Shown here in pieces: positions 41,227 through 54,591 of a DNA stretch of 64,000 nucleotides (its first letter is position 1; each line of letters opens with the position of its first letter). The translations under genes and the position numbers were made by a program. The notes under the pieces are model-generated. The model saw only the letters and a list, made by a program, of their open reading frames with translations, had not been told where the DNA came from and made no database searches. This DNA comes from a bacterium (GTDB lineage Bacteria; Krumholzibacteriota; Krumholzibacteriia; G020349025): contig JANLSU010000048.1 in assembly GCA_031362565.1 (NCBI GenBank), positions 3,664 to 67,663 on the forward strand. Direction: 5' to 3'.

Positions 41227-42486
41227 TCAGCCCAGCCAGTCGATTGCCTTTTGGACCGCTTTGGCGAGCGCTTCGACCTCGCCGGCAGTGTTGTACAGCC
41301 CGAACGACGCCCGCGCCGTGGCCGGGATTCCGAACCGGTCCATGACCGGCTGGGCGCAATGATGGCCGGTGCGGATCGCAATGCCTTCGCGGTCGAGAAT
41401 CGTGCCCACGTCGTGCGGATGCACACCGTCGATGACGAACGACAGGACGCTCGCCTTGTGCTCTGCTGTGCCGACCAGCCGCACGCGCGGCATCCGGCCG
41501 AGCGCTTCGGTCGCAAGCTGCAGAAGCCGGGCCTCGTGGGCGGCGATCGCGTCGAGCCCGAGCGATTCGACATAGTCCAGCGCTGCCCCAAGTCCGATGC
41601 CGGCAGCGATGTCGGGCGTCCCCGCCTCGAACTTCCACGGCAAGCGATTCCACTCCGAGCGCTCGAACGTCACGGAGCGAATCATGTCACCGCCGCCTTG
41701 CCACGGTGGCATCGCTTCCAAGAGCGCTTGCTTGCCATGCAAGACGCCACTGCCCGTCGGCCCATAGACCTTGTGGCCGGAAAACGCCAGGAAGTCGGCG
41801 TCCAGCGCCTGCACGTCGACAGCCATGTGCGGCGCGGCCTGGGCTGCATCGACGAGCACCGGAACGCCGCGGGCGTGCGCCGCGCGCACCATTTCGACGA
41901 TCGGATTGACGGTGCCAAGCGCATTCGACACCCAAGCGAGGGCCGCAAAGCGGGTCCGGGGGCCGATCAGCGCTTCGTACGCCGCCAACGGCACCGCGCC
42001 TGCATCATCGATCGGCACGTGGACGAGCGTCGCACCCGTACGCGCGCACAGCAATTGCCAGGGCACGATATTCGAGTGGTGCTCGAGGCCGGTGATGAGG
42101 ATTTCGTCGCCCGGCTGCAGGCGCGCGGCGACGAAACTATTGGCCACCAGGTTGATGGCTTCGGTGGTGCCACGGACGAAAATGATTTCGCGCTCGCTTG
42201 CCGCGTTCACGAAGCGGCGAACGCGCTCGCGCGCCGCTTCGTAGGCGTCGGTAGCCCGGACCGAAAGCAAGTGCACGCCGCGGTGGATGTTCGAGTTGTC
42301 CACCGCGTAGAAGCGGCTGATCGCGTCGATCACCTGGCGCGGCTTGTGGGTGGTCGCCGCGTTGTCGAGATAGACCAGCGGCCGGCCATGGACGTCCTGA
42401 TCGAGCGCCGGGAAATCGCGCCGCACGGCTTCGACATCGTAGGCGCGCTTGGTACCGGCGGCGGTGACCGGAGTGGCGGGCGTCAT
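41227..42486 (-). CDS. sufS: Cysteine desulfurase SufS
   Basis: Start at internal MTPATPVTAAG, overlapping the sufD stop (ATGA). PLP-Lys context FSGHKVYGPTGSGVL. Active-site RTGHHCAQP. Confidence 0.85.
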   Translation of the reverse strand: MTPATPVTAAGTKRAYDVEAVRRDFPALDQDVHGRPLVYLDNAATTHKPRQVIDAISRFYAVDNSNIHRGVHLLSVRATDAYEAARERVRRFVNAASEREIIFVRGTTEAINLVANSFVAARLQPGDEILITGLEHHSNIVPWQLLCARTGATLVHVPIDDAGAVPLAAYEALIGPRTRFAALAWVSNALGTVNPIVEMVRAAHARGVPVLVDAAQAAPHMAVDVQALDADFLAFSGHKVYGPTGSGVLHGKQALLEAMPPWQGGGDMIRSVTFERSEWNRLPWKFEAGTPDIAAGIGLGAALDYVESLGLDAIAAHEARLLQLATEALGRMPRVRLVGTAEHKASVLSFVIDGVHPHDVGTILDREGIAIRTGHHCAQPVMDRFGIPATARASFGLYNTAGEVEALAKAVQKAIDWLG

Positions 42487-43825
42487 GCGGCTCCCTCCCC
42501 GGCGGCGATGCCGGCGGCGAGCGCCAGCAGGCGTTCGGCCGCCATGCCGTCGTAGGCGGCGCGCAACGCTGCGTCGCGGGTGCGTTCGAGCACCTCGCGC
42601 GCGAAGGCCTGCACCAGCATCTCGTACGCCGCAGGCGCATCGAGCCCGCGTGACCGCAGGTAGAACAGCGCCTGGCTGTCCAACCGGCCGATCGTCGCAC
42701 CGTGGGTGCAGCGCACGTCGTCGGCGTGAATTTCGAGTTCCGGCTTGGTGTCGACGAGTGCGGCCTTGGACAACAACAGGTTGTTGTTGCGCTGCTGAGC
42801 GTTGGTTTGCTGGGCATTCGGACGCACGAGCACCCGGCCGTTGAATACGCCATGCGCCGTGCCGCCAAGCACGCCCTTGTAGAGCTGCCGGCTCGTGCAG
42901 TGCGGCTCGCGGTGGTCGACGAACGTCTGGTGGTCGGCGTGCTGCGTGCCGGCATGGATCCACAGGCCGTCGAGAGTGCACTCGCCGCCCGTGGCGTCGA
43001 AGCGCACGTCGACGTCGTTGCGCCCGAGGGCGGCGCCCAATCCCAGGACGAACGACTCGAAGTGCGCATCGCGTCCGAGCCGGGCCTGGGTGCGGGCAAT
43101 GTGGAAGGCGGCTTCGGAGGCGCGCTGAATCCGGTGGTGCGTGACGGTCGCAGCGTCGCCGACGATGATCTCGGTCGAGGCGTTGGTGAACGACGCACCT
43201 TGCCCGGCGTGGATTTCGACGACCGTCGCCTGAGAGTCGGGTCCGGCGACCACGAGGACGCGCGGGTGCGACTCGACTGGGCCGTCGGACTCGGGCCCCG
43301 CCACGAACACGAGTTGAATCGGGGCTTCGAGGCGGACGCCGCGTGGGATGACGATGAGTGCTCCGTCGACTGCCAATGCAGTGTTGAGGGCCGTGAACGC
43401 GTGCGCGGCGGTCTCGGGCTCAGGGTCGACGTACGATTCGAGCCGTGCCGTATCACGCCCCGCCCAGGCGGCGGCGAGCGATTCGATGCGGACGCCCGGC
43501 GCAAGCGCACCGGACTTCGAGAGCGCCGGCGCGTAGTGGCCGTTCACGAAAACGAGCACCGGTCCGGCGATTCCGGCGAGCGTCGCGGCGGCGGCGAGCG
43601 GCGCCATGCGGCTCGATTCGCCTGCCTCGGGTGCCGCAAACGTCGCGCGGGCGATCGGCGTCACATCGGTATGCCGCCAGGCCTCCAGGCGCGTGGTTGG
43701 AAAGCCAAGCGCCATAGAGCGTTCGAACGCCGTGCGTCGCGCCGCCTGCAACCAGGCGGGCGCCGCGCCGCGATCGATCTCCGCCCAGCGAGCGGTACGC
43801 GCGTCTTTCATGGTGGCGTGACTCG

Positions 43826-43829
<4 letters not shown>
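42483..43829 (-). CDS. sufD: Fe-S cluster assembly protein SufD
   Basis: 448 aa, SufB/D-family beta-helix region. Position in the sufBCD order. ATGA overlaps on both sides. Confidence 0.8.
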
Positions 43830-44588
<759 letters not shown>

Positions 44589-44596
<8 letters not shown>

Positions 44597-46031
44597 CGCT
44601 TCCCTCCAGGCTCACGCCGAGCAGCTTCTGCGCTTCGACGGCGAACTCCATGGGCAACTCGCGGAACACGTCCTTGCAGAAGCCGTTGACGATCATCGAC
44701 ACGGCGTCCTCGGCCGAAATGCCGCGCTGTTTGCAATAGAAAATCTGATCGTCGCCGATCTTCGCCACGGTCGCCTCGTGCTCCATTTGCGCGTCGCTGT
44801 TCTTGACTTCGATGTACGGGAACGTGTGAGCGCCGCATTTGTCGCCCAGGAGCATGGAGTCGCACTGCGAATAGTTGCGGGCGCCGGTGGCGTTCTTGGC
44901 GATGCGCACCAAGCCACGGTAGGTATTCTGGCCGTGGCCGGCCGAGATGCCCTTGCTGATGATGGTGCTGCGCGTGTTCTTGCCCAAGTGGATCATCTTG
45001 GTGCCGGTATCGGCTTGCTGGTAGTTGTTGGCCAGCGCCACCGAGTAGAACTCGCCCACCGAGCTTTCGCCCTGCAGGATGCAGCTTGGATACTTCCAGG
45101 TGATGGCCGAACCGGTTTCGACTTGGGTCCACGAAATCTTCGACCGCGCGCCGGCGCACTTGCCGCGCTTGGTGACGAAATTGTAGATGCCGCCCTTGCC
45201 GTTCTTGTCGCCGGGATACCAATTCTGCACCGTCGAGTATTTGATGGATGCATCCTCGAGTGCGACGAGTTCGACCACTGCCGCGTGCAGTTGATTCTCG
45301 TCGCGCATTGGCGCAGTGCATCCCTCAAGATAGCTCACGTGTGCGCGTTCGTCGGCGATGATCAGCGTGCGCTCGAACTGCCCGGTCTTGGCGGCATTGA
45401 TGCGGAAGTACGTCGACAGCTCCATCGGGCAGCGGACGCCCTTTGGTACGTAGACGAAGGAGCCGTCGGAAAAGACCGCCGAGTTGAGAGCCGCAAAATA
45501 GTTGTCGGTGTGCGGCACGACCGAGCCCAGGTACTTACGCACGAGTTCCGGGTGCTCTTGCACGGCTTCCGAGAACGAGCAAAAGAGGACGCCCTTTTCG
45601 GCCAGCTTGCTCTTGAAAGTGGTCGCGACCGAGACGCTGTCGAAGACCGCATCCACCGCGACGCCCGCCAAAAGCTCGCGCTCGTGGAGCGGAATGCCGA
45701 GTTTCTCGTAGGTCTTCAGCAGTTCCGGGTCGACGTCTTCGAGCGACTTCGGGCCATCGCTCTGGTTCTTGGGCGCCGAGTAGTAGACGATCGATTGGTA
45801 GTCGATCTTCGGATAGCGGACCATGGCCCAGGTGGGTTCCACCATCGTCAGCCAATGGCGATAGGCCTTGAGCCGCCACTCGAGCATCCACTCGGGCTCG
45901 TTCTTCTTGCCCGAGATGAGCCGGACGACGTCCTCGCTCAAGCCGGGCGGAACGTGATCGGACTCGATGTCGGTCACGAACCCGTACTTGTAGTCGCGGT
46001 TCGCGATATCCTGGATTTCGTCACGTGACAT
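44589..46031 (-). CDS. sufB: Fe-S cluster assembly protein SufB
   Basis: 480 aa; [25 protein letters not shown]... is a characteristic SufB N-terminus, with the conserved C-terminal region. Confidence 0.9.
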
Positions 46032-46051
46032 GGTGGTTCACCCTCAGGCGT

Positions 46052-46543
46052 TCAGCGCGGTTCGATGTGCAGCATCGAGCTCAGGCGCGAGCGCTCATCG
46101 AGCGAGCGCGAGAGCGCGGATTCCTCTTGCCGCAACAGATCGGTCAGCGTCGTTTGGCGCAGGACGTCGCTCACCAGGCTCTCCAACCGGTTCCAGACCG
46201 AGCGGATGCTGCAGCCGCCCATGTGCACGCACGCCTGGTCGTCGGCGGAGTGAAAGCGTTCGCAGAACTCGCCGTCGAAGATGCGTTCACCCAATCCGTT
46301 CAAAGCGTCCAAGATCGATATCTTGTCGGCGGGGCGGGTCAGCACATAGCCGCCGCTCCGGCCGCGTACGCTCTCGACCAGGCCGCCGTGGCGCAGGAGC
46401 CCCATGAGCTTGGCCACGTGCGGCACCGTCATGCCCTCACGCCGCGCGATCTCGGTCAGGGTCATAGGCTCGGCAACCGACGACTGGGACGCCACCTGCA
46501 GAAGGCAACGGAGTCCGTATTCTTCCTGGGCGCTGACTTTCAT
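46052..46543 (-). CDS. iscR: Rrf2-family regulator (IscR/SufR-like) heading the suf operon
   Basis: Start at internal MKVSAQEEYGLRCLLQVA. Cys triad FCERFHSADDQACVHMGGC. Upstream motif GTCAAGTATTCGGCC at 46609..46623. Confidence 0.8.
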   Translation of the reverse strand: MKVSAQEEYGLRCLLQVASQSSVAEPMTLTEIARREGMTVPHVAKLMGLLRHGGLVESVRGRSGGYVLTRPADKISILDALNGLGERIFDGEFCERFHSADDQACVHMGGCSIRSVWNRLESLVSDVLRQTTLTDLLRQEESALSRSLDERSRLSSMLHIEPR

Positions 46544-46680
46544 GGATCGCCGCTTCCCGTTGGGGCCCCTCTGGACCGAGGTGCATCCTCTCAAATTTAT
46601 ACGTTATGGTCAAGTATTCGGCCAGGGGCTGTCAGCATAGGCGTTAGCGGCGTCGGGGTGGTCCTTGGCGACCCTCCCCC

Positions 46681-46718
46681 GGCCCTCCTCCCCGGCCCTC
46701 CCCCCGTGCTGTAGTCGC
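46681..46718. repeat. Short GC-rich tandem repeat (CCCCGGCCCTCC(T/C) x ~3)
   Basis: Read directly as cctcccccggccctcctccccggccctcccccc, in the promoter-proximal region upstream of iscR. Confidence 0.4.
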
Positions 46719-47132
46719 GACTGTCGGACGGTCGTGTTCGCGGTGCTCGTGTCGACGCCGTGGACACATCCCAGATACGCCGGTTGACGAACGGCGCGCC
46801 ACGTTTCCGAAACACCACGGCCGCGGCGCCACATTCCGCCAGCCGCGGTCACGGCCTGCCGATTGCCAGGACCGGTTGCAGCGCCAGTCCACCCGCGCCG
46901 GCGAGCGCGGGTGTGGCCGAACCGGCCAGAACGCCGTCTCGGGCCGGAGGGGTTTGCAGGGTGTGACACGTTGTGCGGCAGCCATCGACTCGGCTCGGGA
47001 GCGCAGACGTTTTCCATCCGCGGTCGACCGCGCTGCATTCGCATCGTCTCCGTACAGCCCGTCCGCTCGGGCGACGAAGAGGCTGTCCACGGCGTTGACA
47101 CGGGACGAACTCGATCTCGGCGTCGCGATGCA

Positions 47133-47170
47133 AAAGCAGCGAGAAAAGGCTCGTTCTAGAACGAGTTCTC
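47133..47170. terminator. Nested perfect palindrome downstream of the repeat-protein gene (terminator or operator)
   Basis: GCGAGAA-aagg-CTCGTTCTAGAACGAG-TTCTCGC. The inner 16-mer is a perfect palindrome. It lies ~30 nt past the stop of 47199..48383 on the minus strand. Confidence 0.35.
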
Positions 47171-47198
47171 GCTCGATCACACGGCGATGGGTCCGCCT

Positions 47199-48383
47199 CT
47201 ACCGCAAGGCAGCCAGGACCCGTGAGCGGTGGTAGTCGGAATCGATCCTGTGGGCGGCTTCGAGGCAGGCTTCGCGGGTCGCGGCGTCGAGACTGCGGCC
47301 GTTGGCGAGGGCTTCGAGGACCTGGCCTTTGTGGTAGTCCGAATCGATGCGGCCCGCGGAGCGCGCGATGCCCTGGAGAAGCTCCGGGGTGAGATCTTGG
47401 CCGTCGAGGAGGTCTTGGAGAACCCGGGCGTGTTCGTAGTCGGAGTCGATGCCGTCGACGGCGGCGAAGTACGGTGTCACGAGACTCGCTCCGAGCATGT
47501 GCTTGTCGTTCACATCGCGCAACAGCTCGGCGCGCTCGTGATCGGAGTCCAGGTCGAGGGCGCCGCGCAGCACGGCTTCGAGAACGCTGGCGTCGCAGGC
47601 GCTGTTCTCGAGAATCGCATGCAGGGCCTTGCGGTGCTCGTAGTCGGAATCGATCTGGTGCGATGCGTCGGCGCAGGCGACGAGCGCCGCGGGCGTGACT
47701 GCCGGCACCCGGGTTGCGGCCACCACGAATTCGGCGAGTTCGTAGTCCGAGTCGATGCCGCGTCCGGCGGCCGGTGCGAGCCGCTCGACCAGCGCTCCAT
47801 CGGCTTCCGGCAATTTCATCAAGTGTGAATAGGCGACGCGCTTGTCGTAGCTGCCGTCGTAGAGGGCGATTTCCTTGATGGCACCCTCGATTCCGTCGCG
47901 CTGCAGAACGCGCTGCAGGTGGCGCTCGGCGTGGGCCTTGTTGTAGCGCGACACCGTGCGCAGCACTTCGGCGAACCATTCTTGCGCCGCGGTGTCGATC
48001 GACGCCGTGTCACCATCGCGTTTGTACACGCGGTCCAGACTGCCCGCGTCATTCGAGCGAATCTCGATCGACTGCCGGACGCGCCCCAAACGCCGTTCTT
48101 CGGCGCGGAAGTAGCCGCGCTTGTCGATCGACGAGATGTCGCGCTCGTCGTCGGCGACGTCGTAGCAACCCTTGCTGTCCACCTTGAGGGTGCGGCCGCC
48201 ATCCTGGACGCGCAGATGCAAATCGCAGCCGTCATCGCTCACCCGGATCGAAGCCGGGAAACCGAACTGCACATGACCGGCGCGCGCCGCGGTCGGACCG
48301 CAAAACGCCACCACGACGAAACACACCACGGCCGGCGTCCAGCGCTCGAACCCACTGTTGCGATGCCGAATCGAACCCCGCAT
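47199..48383 (-). CDS. Secreted hypothetical protein with ~6 helical repeats carrying an IDSDYE(H) motif
   Basis: Start at internal MRGSIRHRNSGFERWTPAVVCFVVVAFCGPTAARA (signal). Repeats: GRGIDSDYELAEF, HQIDSDYEHRKAL, ALDLDSDHERAEL, DGIDSDYEHARVL, GRIDSDYHKGQVL, HRIDSDYHRSRVL. Confidence 0.6.
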   Translation of the reverse strand: MRGSIRHRNSGFERWTPAVVCFVVVAFCGPTAARAGHVQFGFPASIRVSDDGCDLHLRVQDGGRTLKVDSKGCYDVADDERDISSIDKRGYFRAEERRLGRVRQSIEIRSNDAGSLDRVYKRDGDTASIDTAAQEWFAEVLRTVSRYNKAHAERHLQRVLQRDGIEGAIKEIALYDGSYDKRVAYSHLMKLPEADGALVERLAPAAGRGIDSDYELAEFVVAATRVPAVTPAALVACADASHQIDSDYEHRKALHAILENSACDASVLEAVLRGALDLDSDHERAELLRDVNDKHMLGASLVTPYFAAVDGIDSDYEHARVLQDLLDGQDLTPELLQGIARSAGRIDSDYHKGQVLEALANGRSLDAATREACLEAAHRIDSDYHRSRVLAALR

Positions 48384-48627
48384 GACGCCGACCTCCTTGG
48401 CAGACCTGTCTCGCCGCACCGATCGCGCCCCGCCCGATCGCCATCGATTCAAGGGGCGGCAGTGCCGGCGAGGCGGGGGCCCCGGGGTCGAGGCCGCATC
48501 GGCCCGCCCCGCAACTGATACTCGGATTTGGATACGCAGGCCCACGGGCCCGGGTTCGGTGGGGAGCGCCAGGCCGCTGGGGCACCAGGGTGGGTTGGGG
48601 GCAACGGGGCCTTCGGCGCCCGGCCGG

Positions 48628-51432
48628 TCAGCCCGGGATGATCGCCCGCCGGACGTGGAGCAAGCGGCCGGTCGACGCGGCGAAGGCGTACACCAGCAAT
48701 GCCACCAGATACACCAGGCCGACGGTCGCTGCCGGGGCATACCAGGCCGAAAAATCGGTGGTGAGCGGGAAGTACGCGACGAGCGTCGCGAGGACGAGAT
48801 TCGTGCCGATGGCGGCGAACAGGCCGAGGCGCAAGAGCACCGTAACCAGAATGCCCATCCCGATGGCGCTCGCGACATACGTCACAACCCCGGCGCTCTC
48901 ACCACCACTTCCCGCCAAGAAACTGAAAATGAGCCAAATGAGGACCGGCGCCACCGCCGGACGCCGTACCAGCATGCGCAGCGACACCACCATGAACAGC
49001 ATCACCATCGGCTCGAAGATGACGCCGGTCTGCAAGTCGCAGAGCATTGCCAGGATGCCGGAGGTGCTCTGCAACGGCGCGATGAGCGTCGTCTCCGGAA
49101 GCGACGGCTCACCCATCCGCGCCGCAATCAGGTCCTTCAGCAAGAAGACCACCAGCATCAGAACGCCCGCCGCCATGCCAAGCAAGAGGTCGCGCCCGAC
49201 GCGCGGGTCGCGCAGACGCCCCGCCAGAACTCGATTCCAGCCGATCAAACTGTCCGGCCAATGGCGCCGCACGTAAGGCTCGAGCCCGACATACAGCAGC
49301 CAGACGAGCGTCGAGATGAAGAGAATGACTCCCAAGCAAGGCACGAACAGCGACCACTCGTCGTTCGGGGATGAGGTGTGGTGTGCCGACAGCACCCAGG
49401 AGATCAGATTCAGCACCAAGAGGATGAGCGCGATGCGCGTCGCGCCGCGGTAGTCGCCATGGCCGCGTTTGACGCTGCGGCGCGCCAGTGCTGCGGCACC
49501 CAGAATCAACAAGAACAGGAGAACACCTACAAAGGTCTGCGCACCGCGCTGTTGCGCCGTCAGTGGCCGTTTCGTCATGCGCTCGGCACGGGTCCACGGC
49601 GCGACAATCTGAAATGAACTGATGCGGCCCCGGTAGGCGCCCGCTTCGACACGCAGCGGCACGCCGGGCAATTCCGGATCCTCGCCGACCCAGGCGGCGC
49701 GCCGGTCGGCGAAGGCCTGCGGCACCCACTGTGGCTCGGCGGTCGAGAACAGCTTCGCGTCGAGACCCGCGGCCGTGAACGCCCGCGTCCAGTCGGGTTC
49801 CGATGCCGCCGTTGCCGATGAATCGATCTGCGCCGGCACGGCTTCGAGGCGGCGCAGGCGCCCGGCCGGATCCAGGACAACGCTCAGCATGCCGGAGTGC
49901 AACAGCGGCGGATCGGAGAGCGACACGGCACCGCCGGTCTCCGTCGTCAACGGCGCCATGCGCTCGGGGCTGCGGCGATACCAGAACGAGATCGCGGCCG
50001 TGCGCGGCACCGCGAGTCCATCCCACCGCTGTGCACCGTGCTGGTGATGACGCACCCAATCGATGTAGTCGACATCCGTGGTGAAACCGCGCGCGTGATC
50101 TCCCGGTGCATCCACGTAACCCAGGTCGGCTACGATCTGAACGGCACGGTCTTCGAGAACCGCCGGCGGCTTGTGCAAAGGCACACGGTTGACGAGATAC
50201 CTTTGGCCCGAGACGGCGAGCAGGAGGCCCATTCCGGCCAATGCACCGGCGAGCACGCCCCAGGCGACACCGCGGCGCAATCCCCCGGCACCACCTGCCG
50301 CCGCAACGATTTCCGGTGACGGCATTTCGCCGGCCGCGAGCGCTGCCGCCAGCGGATCACCGCCCGGCAAGGATGCGGCGACCGCGAGTGCCGACTCCGG
50401 CCGCACCGCCGGGTCTTTGTCGAGACAACGCAGAATGGCGCGCTCGATGACCGGATCGAGGTCTTCGAGAATCGACGACGGATCCGCCGGCATCTTCTCG
50501 CGCTGCAACCGCTCGACTTCCAGAACCGAATCGGCGCGAAACGCCCGCCGGCCGGTGAAGATCTCGTACAACACGAGCCCGAGTGAATACACATCGCTGC
50601 GAATCGAGACGGTGTTGCTCGTCAGTTGCTCGGGGGCCATGTAGGCCGGCGTGCCGGCGCGCTTCTCTTGCGGGCCGGTGTGCTCGACGAGCACCGCCAA
50701 ACCGAAGTCGGTGATGCGTACCTTGCCCTGCGCATCGATCATGATGTTGGCCGGCTTGAGATCGCGGTGCAGCACGCCGCGCTCGTGGGCGGCAGCCAGA
50801 CCAGCGCAGAGTTGCCGCGCCACGTCGAGCGCCTTGTCCTCCGGCAGCCGTCCGATGCGGCGCAAGAGCGACCCCAGGTCGTCGCCCTCCACCAGTTCCA
50901 TCGACAAATACGGCACGCCGTCGATGACACCGACGTCGTAGACCCGGCAGACACTCGGATGCGAGACCTGGCGCGCGATACGCACTTCGCCGTAGAAACG
51001 CGCCTGGCGATCGGGGTTTTCCGCCAAATTGCGCGGCAGGAACTTGAGCGCCACCGCTTGCTCGAGCAAGAGGTCGTCGGCCCGGTACACTTCGCCCATG
51101 CCGCCCCGCCCCAGCAAGCCGATGATCCGGAACCGGCCGCCGACGACGGAACCGGAGGCGAAACCACTGTCCTCGGAACTCTGCGATTGGACCCACGCCG
51201 CACTGGAGGCGATCGACGCATAGCGCGGCGAACCGGGCGACATGGCGTTCGGGGCGTTGGTCAGAATCGTGCGTTCATTGTCGTCGCTCTGCAACGAGCT
51301 GCCGCACGCCGGGCAGAACGGGGTGAGACGGTCGAGTTCCTGCGAACACGTCGGACACTGCCGCACGGCTTTCGACTCCAAGGCGAGGGAACGCCGTCCG
51401 GGGCTTTGGCGGCCCCGGACGGCTTTGCCCAA
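48628..51432 (-). CDS. Ser/Thr protein kinase with N-terminal zinc ribbon, central TM segment, extracytoplasmic domain and C-terminal polytopic membrane domain
   Basis: CPTCSQELDRLTPFCPACG. Kinase motifs GRGGMGEVYRA, HRDLKPANIM, DFGLA, APE. Multiple C-terminal TM helices. Confidence 0.8.
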   Translation of the reverse strand: MGKAVRGRQSPGRRSLALESKAVRQCPTCSQELDRLTPFCPACGSSLQSDDNERTILTNAPNAMSPGSPRYASIASSAAWVQSQSSEDSGFASGSVVGGRFRIIGLLGRGGMGEVYRADDLLLEQAVALKFLPRNLAENPDRQARFYGEVRIARQVSHPSVCRVYDVGVIDGVPYLSMELVEGDDLGSLLRRIGRLPEDKALDVARQLCAGLAAAHERGVLHRDLKPANIMIDAQGKVRITDFGLAVLVEHTGPQEKRAGTPAYMAPEQLTSNTVSIRSDVYSLGLVLYEIFTGRRAFRADSVLEVERLQREKMPADPSSILEDLDPVIERAILRCLDKDPAVRPESALAVAASLPGGDPLAAALAAGEMPSPEIVAAAGGAGGLRRGVAWGVLAGALAGMGLLLAVSGQRYLVNRVPLHKPPAVLEDRAVQIVADLGYVDAPGDHARGFTTDVDYIDWVRHHQHGAQRWDGLAVPRTAAISFWYRRSPERMAPLTTETGGAVSLSDPPLLHSGMLSVVLDPAGRLRRLEAVPAQIDSSATAASEPDWTRAFTAAGLDAKLFSTAEPQWVPQAFADRRAAWVGEDPELPGVPLRVEAGAYRGRISSFQIVAPWTRAERMTKRPLTAQQRGAQTFVGVLLFLLILGAAALARRSVKRGHGDYRGATRIALILLVLNLISWVLSAHHTSSPNDEWSLFVPCLGVILFISTLVWLLYVGLEPYVRRHWPDSLIGWNRVLAGRLRDPRVGRDLLLGMAAGVLMLVVFLLKDLIAARMGEPSLPETTLIAPLQSTSGILAMLCDLQTGVIFEPMVMLFMVVSLRMLVRRPAVAPVLIWLIFSFLAGSGGESAGVVTYVASAIGMGILVTVLLRLGLFAAIGTNLVLATLVAYFPLTTDFSAWYAPAATVGLVYLVALLVYAFAASTGRLLHVRRAIIPG

Positions 51433-51435
51433 GGG

Positions 51436-52931
51436 TCACTTCTCGAACATCGACTCCACCGGCACGACGCGGACGTCGCGAATCGCCAGCGGGAAGACGG
51501 CGATCAGCTTGTCTTGCTCGACCACCGGGGCCGGCTTCTCCGAGTCGTAGGTGATCGGACTCGGCGCATCGGACAGGAGTGCCGCTTTCAGCTTCTCCGA
51601 CTCCCCGGTCACCATGGCGATCTTCAAGTTGTCGTACTGCAGGTGCTTGTGAATCGCCGCGTTGACATCGGCGAGCGTCAGCGCCTGCATCATCTTGCGA
51701 AACTCTTCCAGGTGGCTCTTCTCGAGCCCGTAGAACTGGTCGTCGACGGCATAGCCGAGCCGCGTCGTCGTCGTCTCGGCAAAGTGCAGCACGTACTTGT
51801 AGAGGAAGGAGCGCGTCAGTTCGAACTCCTCCTGGGTCATGCCGTTGTCGACCAAGTCCTTGAGCTCGCCCATCCCAGCGCGCAGCGCGAACTGCGCCTT
51901 GTCGTTCTTGAGTGTCCGGATCCAGACTTGGAAGAGCTGTTGGCGGCGGCCGACATTCGCCGGCGGCATGCGCCGTTGCCCGCCCTCCGGGAACGCCTCG
52001 ATATACGAGTAGTCCCCGTAGTTCAAGCCGCGCGCCTCCCGGATCACCTGGTAGAGATGGCTCGAGGAGTTGCGGTGTTCACCGAGCCACGAGTTGGCGA
52101 TCCACAAGGCGTAGAAATCCTTCTCGCCGCGATGCACGTCGAGCGGGAAACCGAACGCGATCGTGCAATCGGCATTCGGTTTGGCGACCATGACCACCTG
52201 GTGGCCCTGGATGCTCTTGGGCTGCGGCGGCGGAACCGCCGCCACCTTCCCAGCCGGCAGCGATTGCACCGATTTCTCGAAGCGCGACTGCAATTCTTTC
52301 GAATAGCCGCCGCCCAGCGCCACGACCGCGTTGTCGCGCGTGAAGTATTTCGCGTAGAAGGCCTTCACATCGTCGAGCGTGATCGACTCCAGGCCCTGCA
52401 CCGTGCCCGAGGCCGGGAATTGGTACGGAGTTCCTTCGAACACCGCCCAGTCGAGCGCCGCCTTCGCCAGCTCTTCGTCCGAAGCGTAGCGCAACGTGTT
52501 CTTCAGGTAGTTGATCTGATCGCTCTTGAGGCGATCGAAATCATCCGGCGCAAACGCCGGCCGCAAGTAGGCGTCGGCGAACAGCGCCGCGAATTTATCG
52601 GCGTTGTCCAAGTGCGTGCGCCCGCCGAACGTCGTCATTTCCTTGTCGACGCGGATCTCGTACGCCGACGCCAACGGATACAGCTTCTTCAGGATGTCTT
52701 CGTACTTGTTGTCCTTGGTGCTGGCCTGCGACAGCATTTCGCCGGTGAGCGCCGCCAAACCTTCCTTGCCGGGCGGATCGTTCTGCGCGCCGACCTTGAA
52801 CCAGATCCCCATCGTCAGGGTGGGGTCGTCCTTCACCGGCAGCAGCACCGCGGACGACTTGCCGCGCTCCTGCCCCGATGCGGCTGCAGCCACCAGCAGC
52901 ACCATTCCGAACATCAGCATCTCCTTGCGCA

Positions 52932-52932
<1 letters not shown>
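51436..52932 (-). CDS. M16-family peptidase, non-catalytic-type subunit (no HxxEH)
   Basis: 498 aa with signal peptide. M16 fold features but lacking the inverted zinc motif. Adjacent to the catalytic M16 gene. Confidence 0.65.
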
Positions 52933-54275
<1,343 letters not shown>

Positions 54276-54591
54276 TCGCGTTCTCCTTGCGGTTCGGAGG
54301 GGTCGCGGCCCCGGCGAGACTTTGGGCCTTGGCCGGCATCATAGCGCAAGTCGCGGCGCCGCGAAGCGGTGCAGCCTCCGGGCTGCCGCGCCGCGCTGCC
54401 GCCGCCGGGAGTGGGCGGGGGGCCGCCGGCTGGGAGACCGGGCTCCGGTTCGAAGGCGGGGTTACGGTCCGAAAGCGGGGCCACGGTGGTCCGAAAGCCG
54501 GGCTACGCCCCGGAACCGGCGCGGCGGCCGCGCCGCGACTTGCCGCGACTTGTCCACCACCCGTTCGGTCGCCTGCGCTAGAGTCGCCCCC

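Noticed and set aside
46849-47979. 376-aa minus-strand ORF spanning the iscR-upstream non-coding region into the repeat-protein gene
   Set aside because: Different frame from the IDSDYE-repeat protein. Pro/Arg-rich junk translation.
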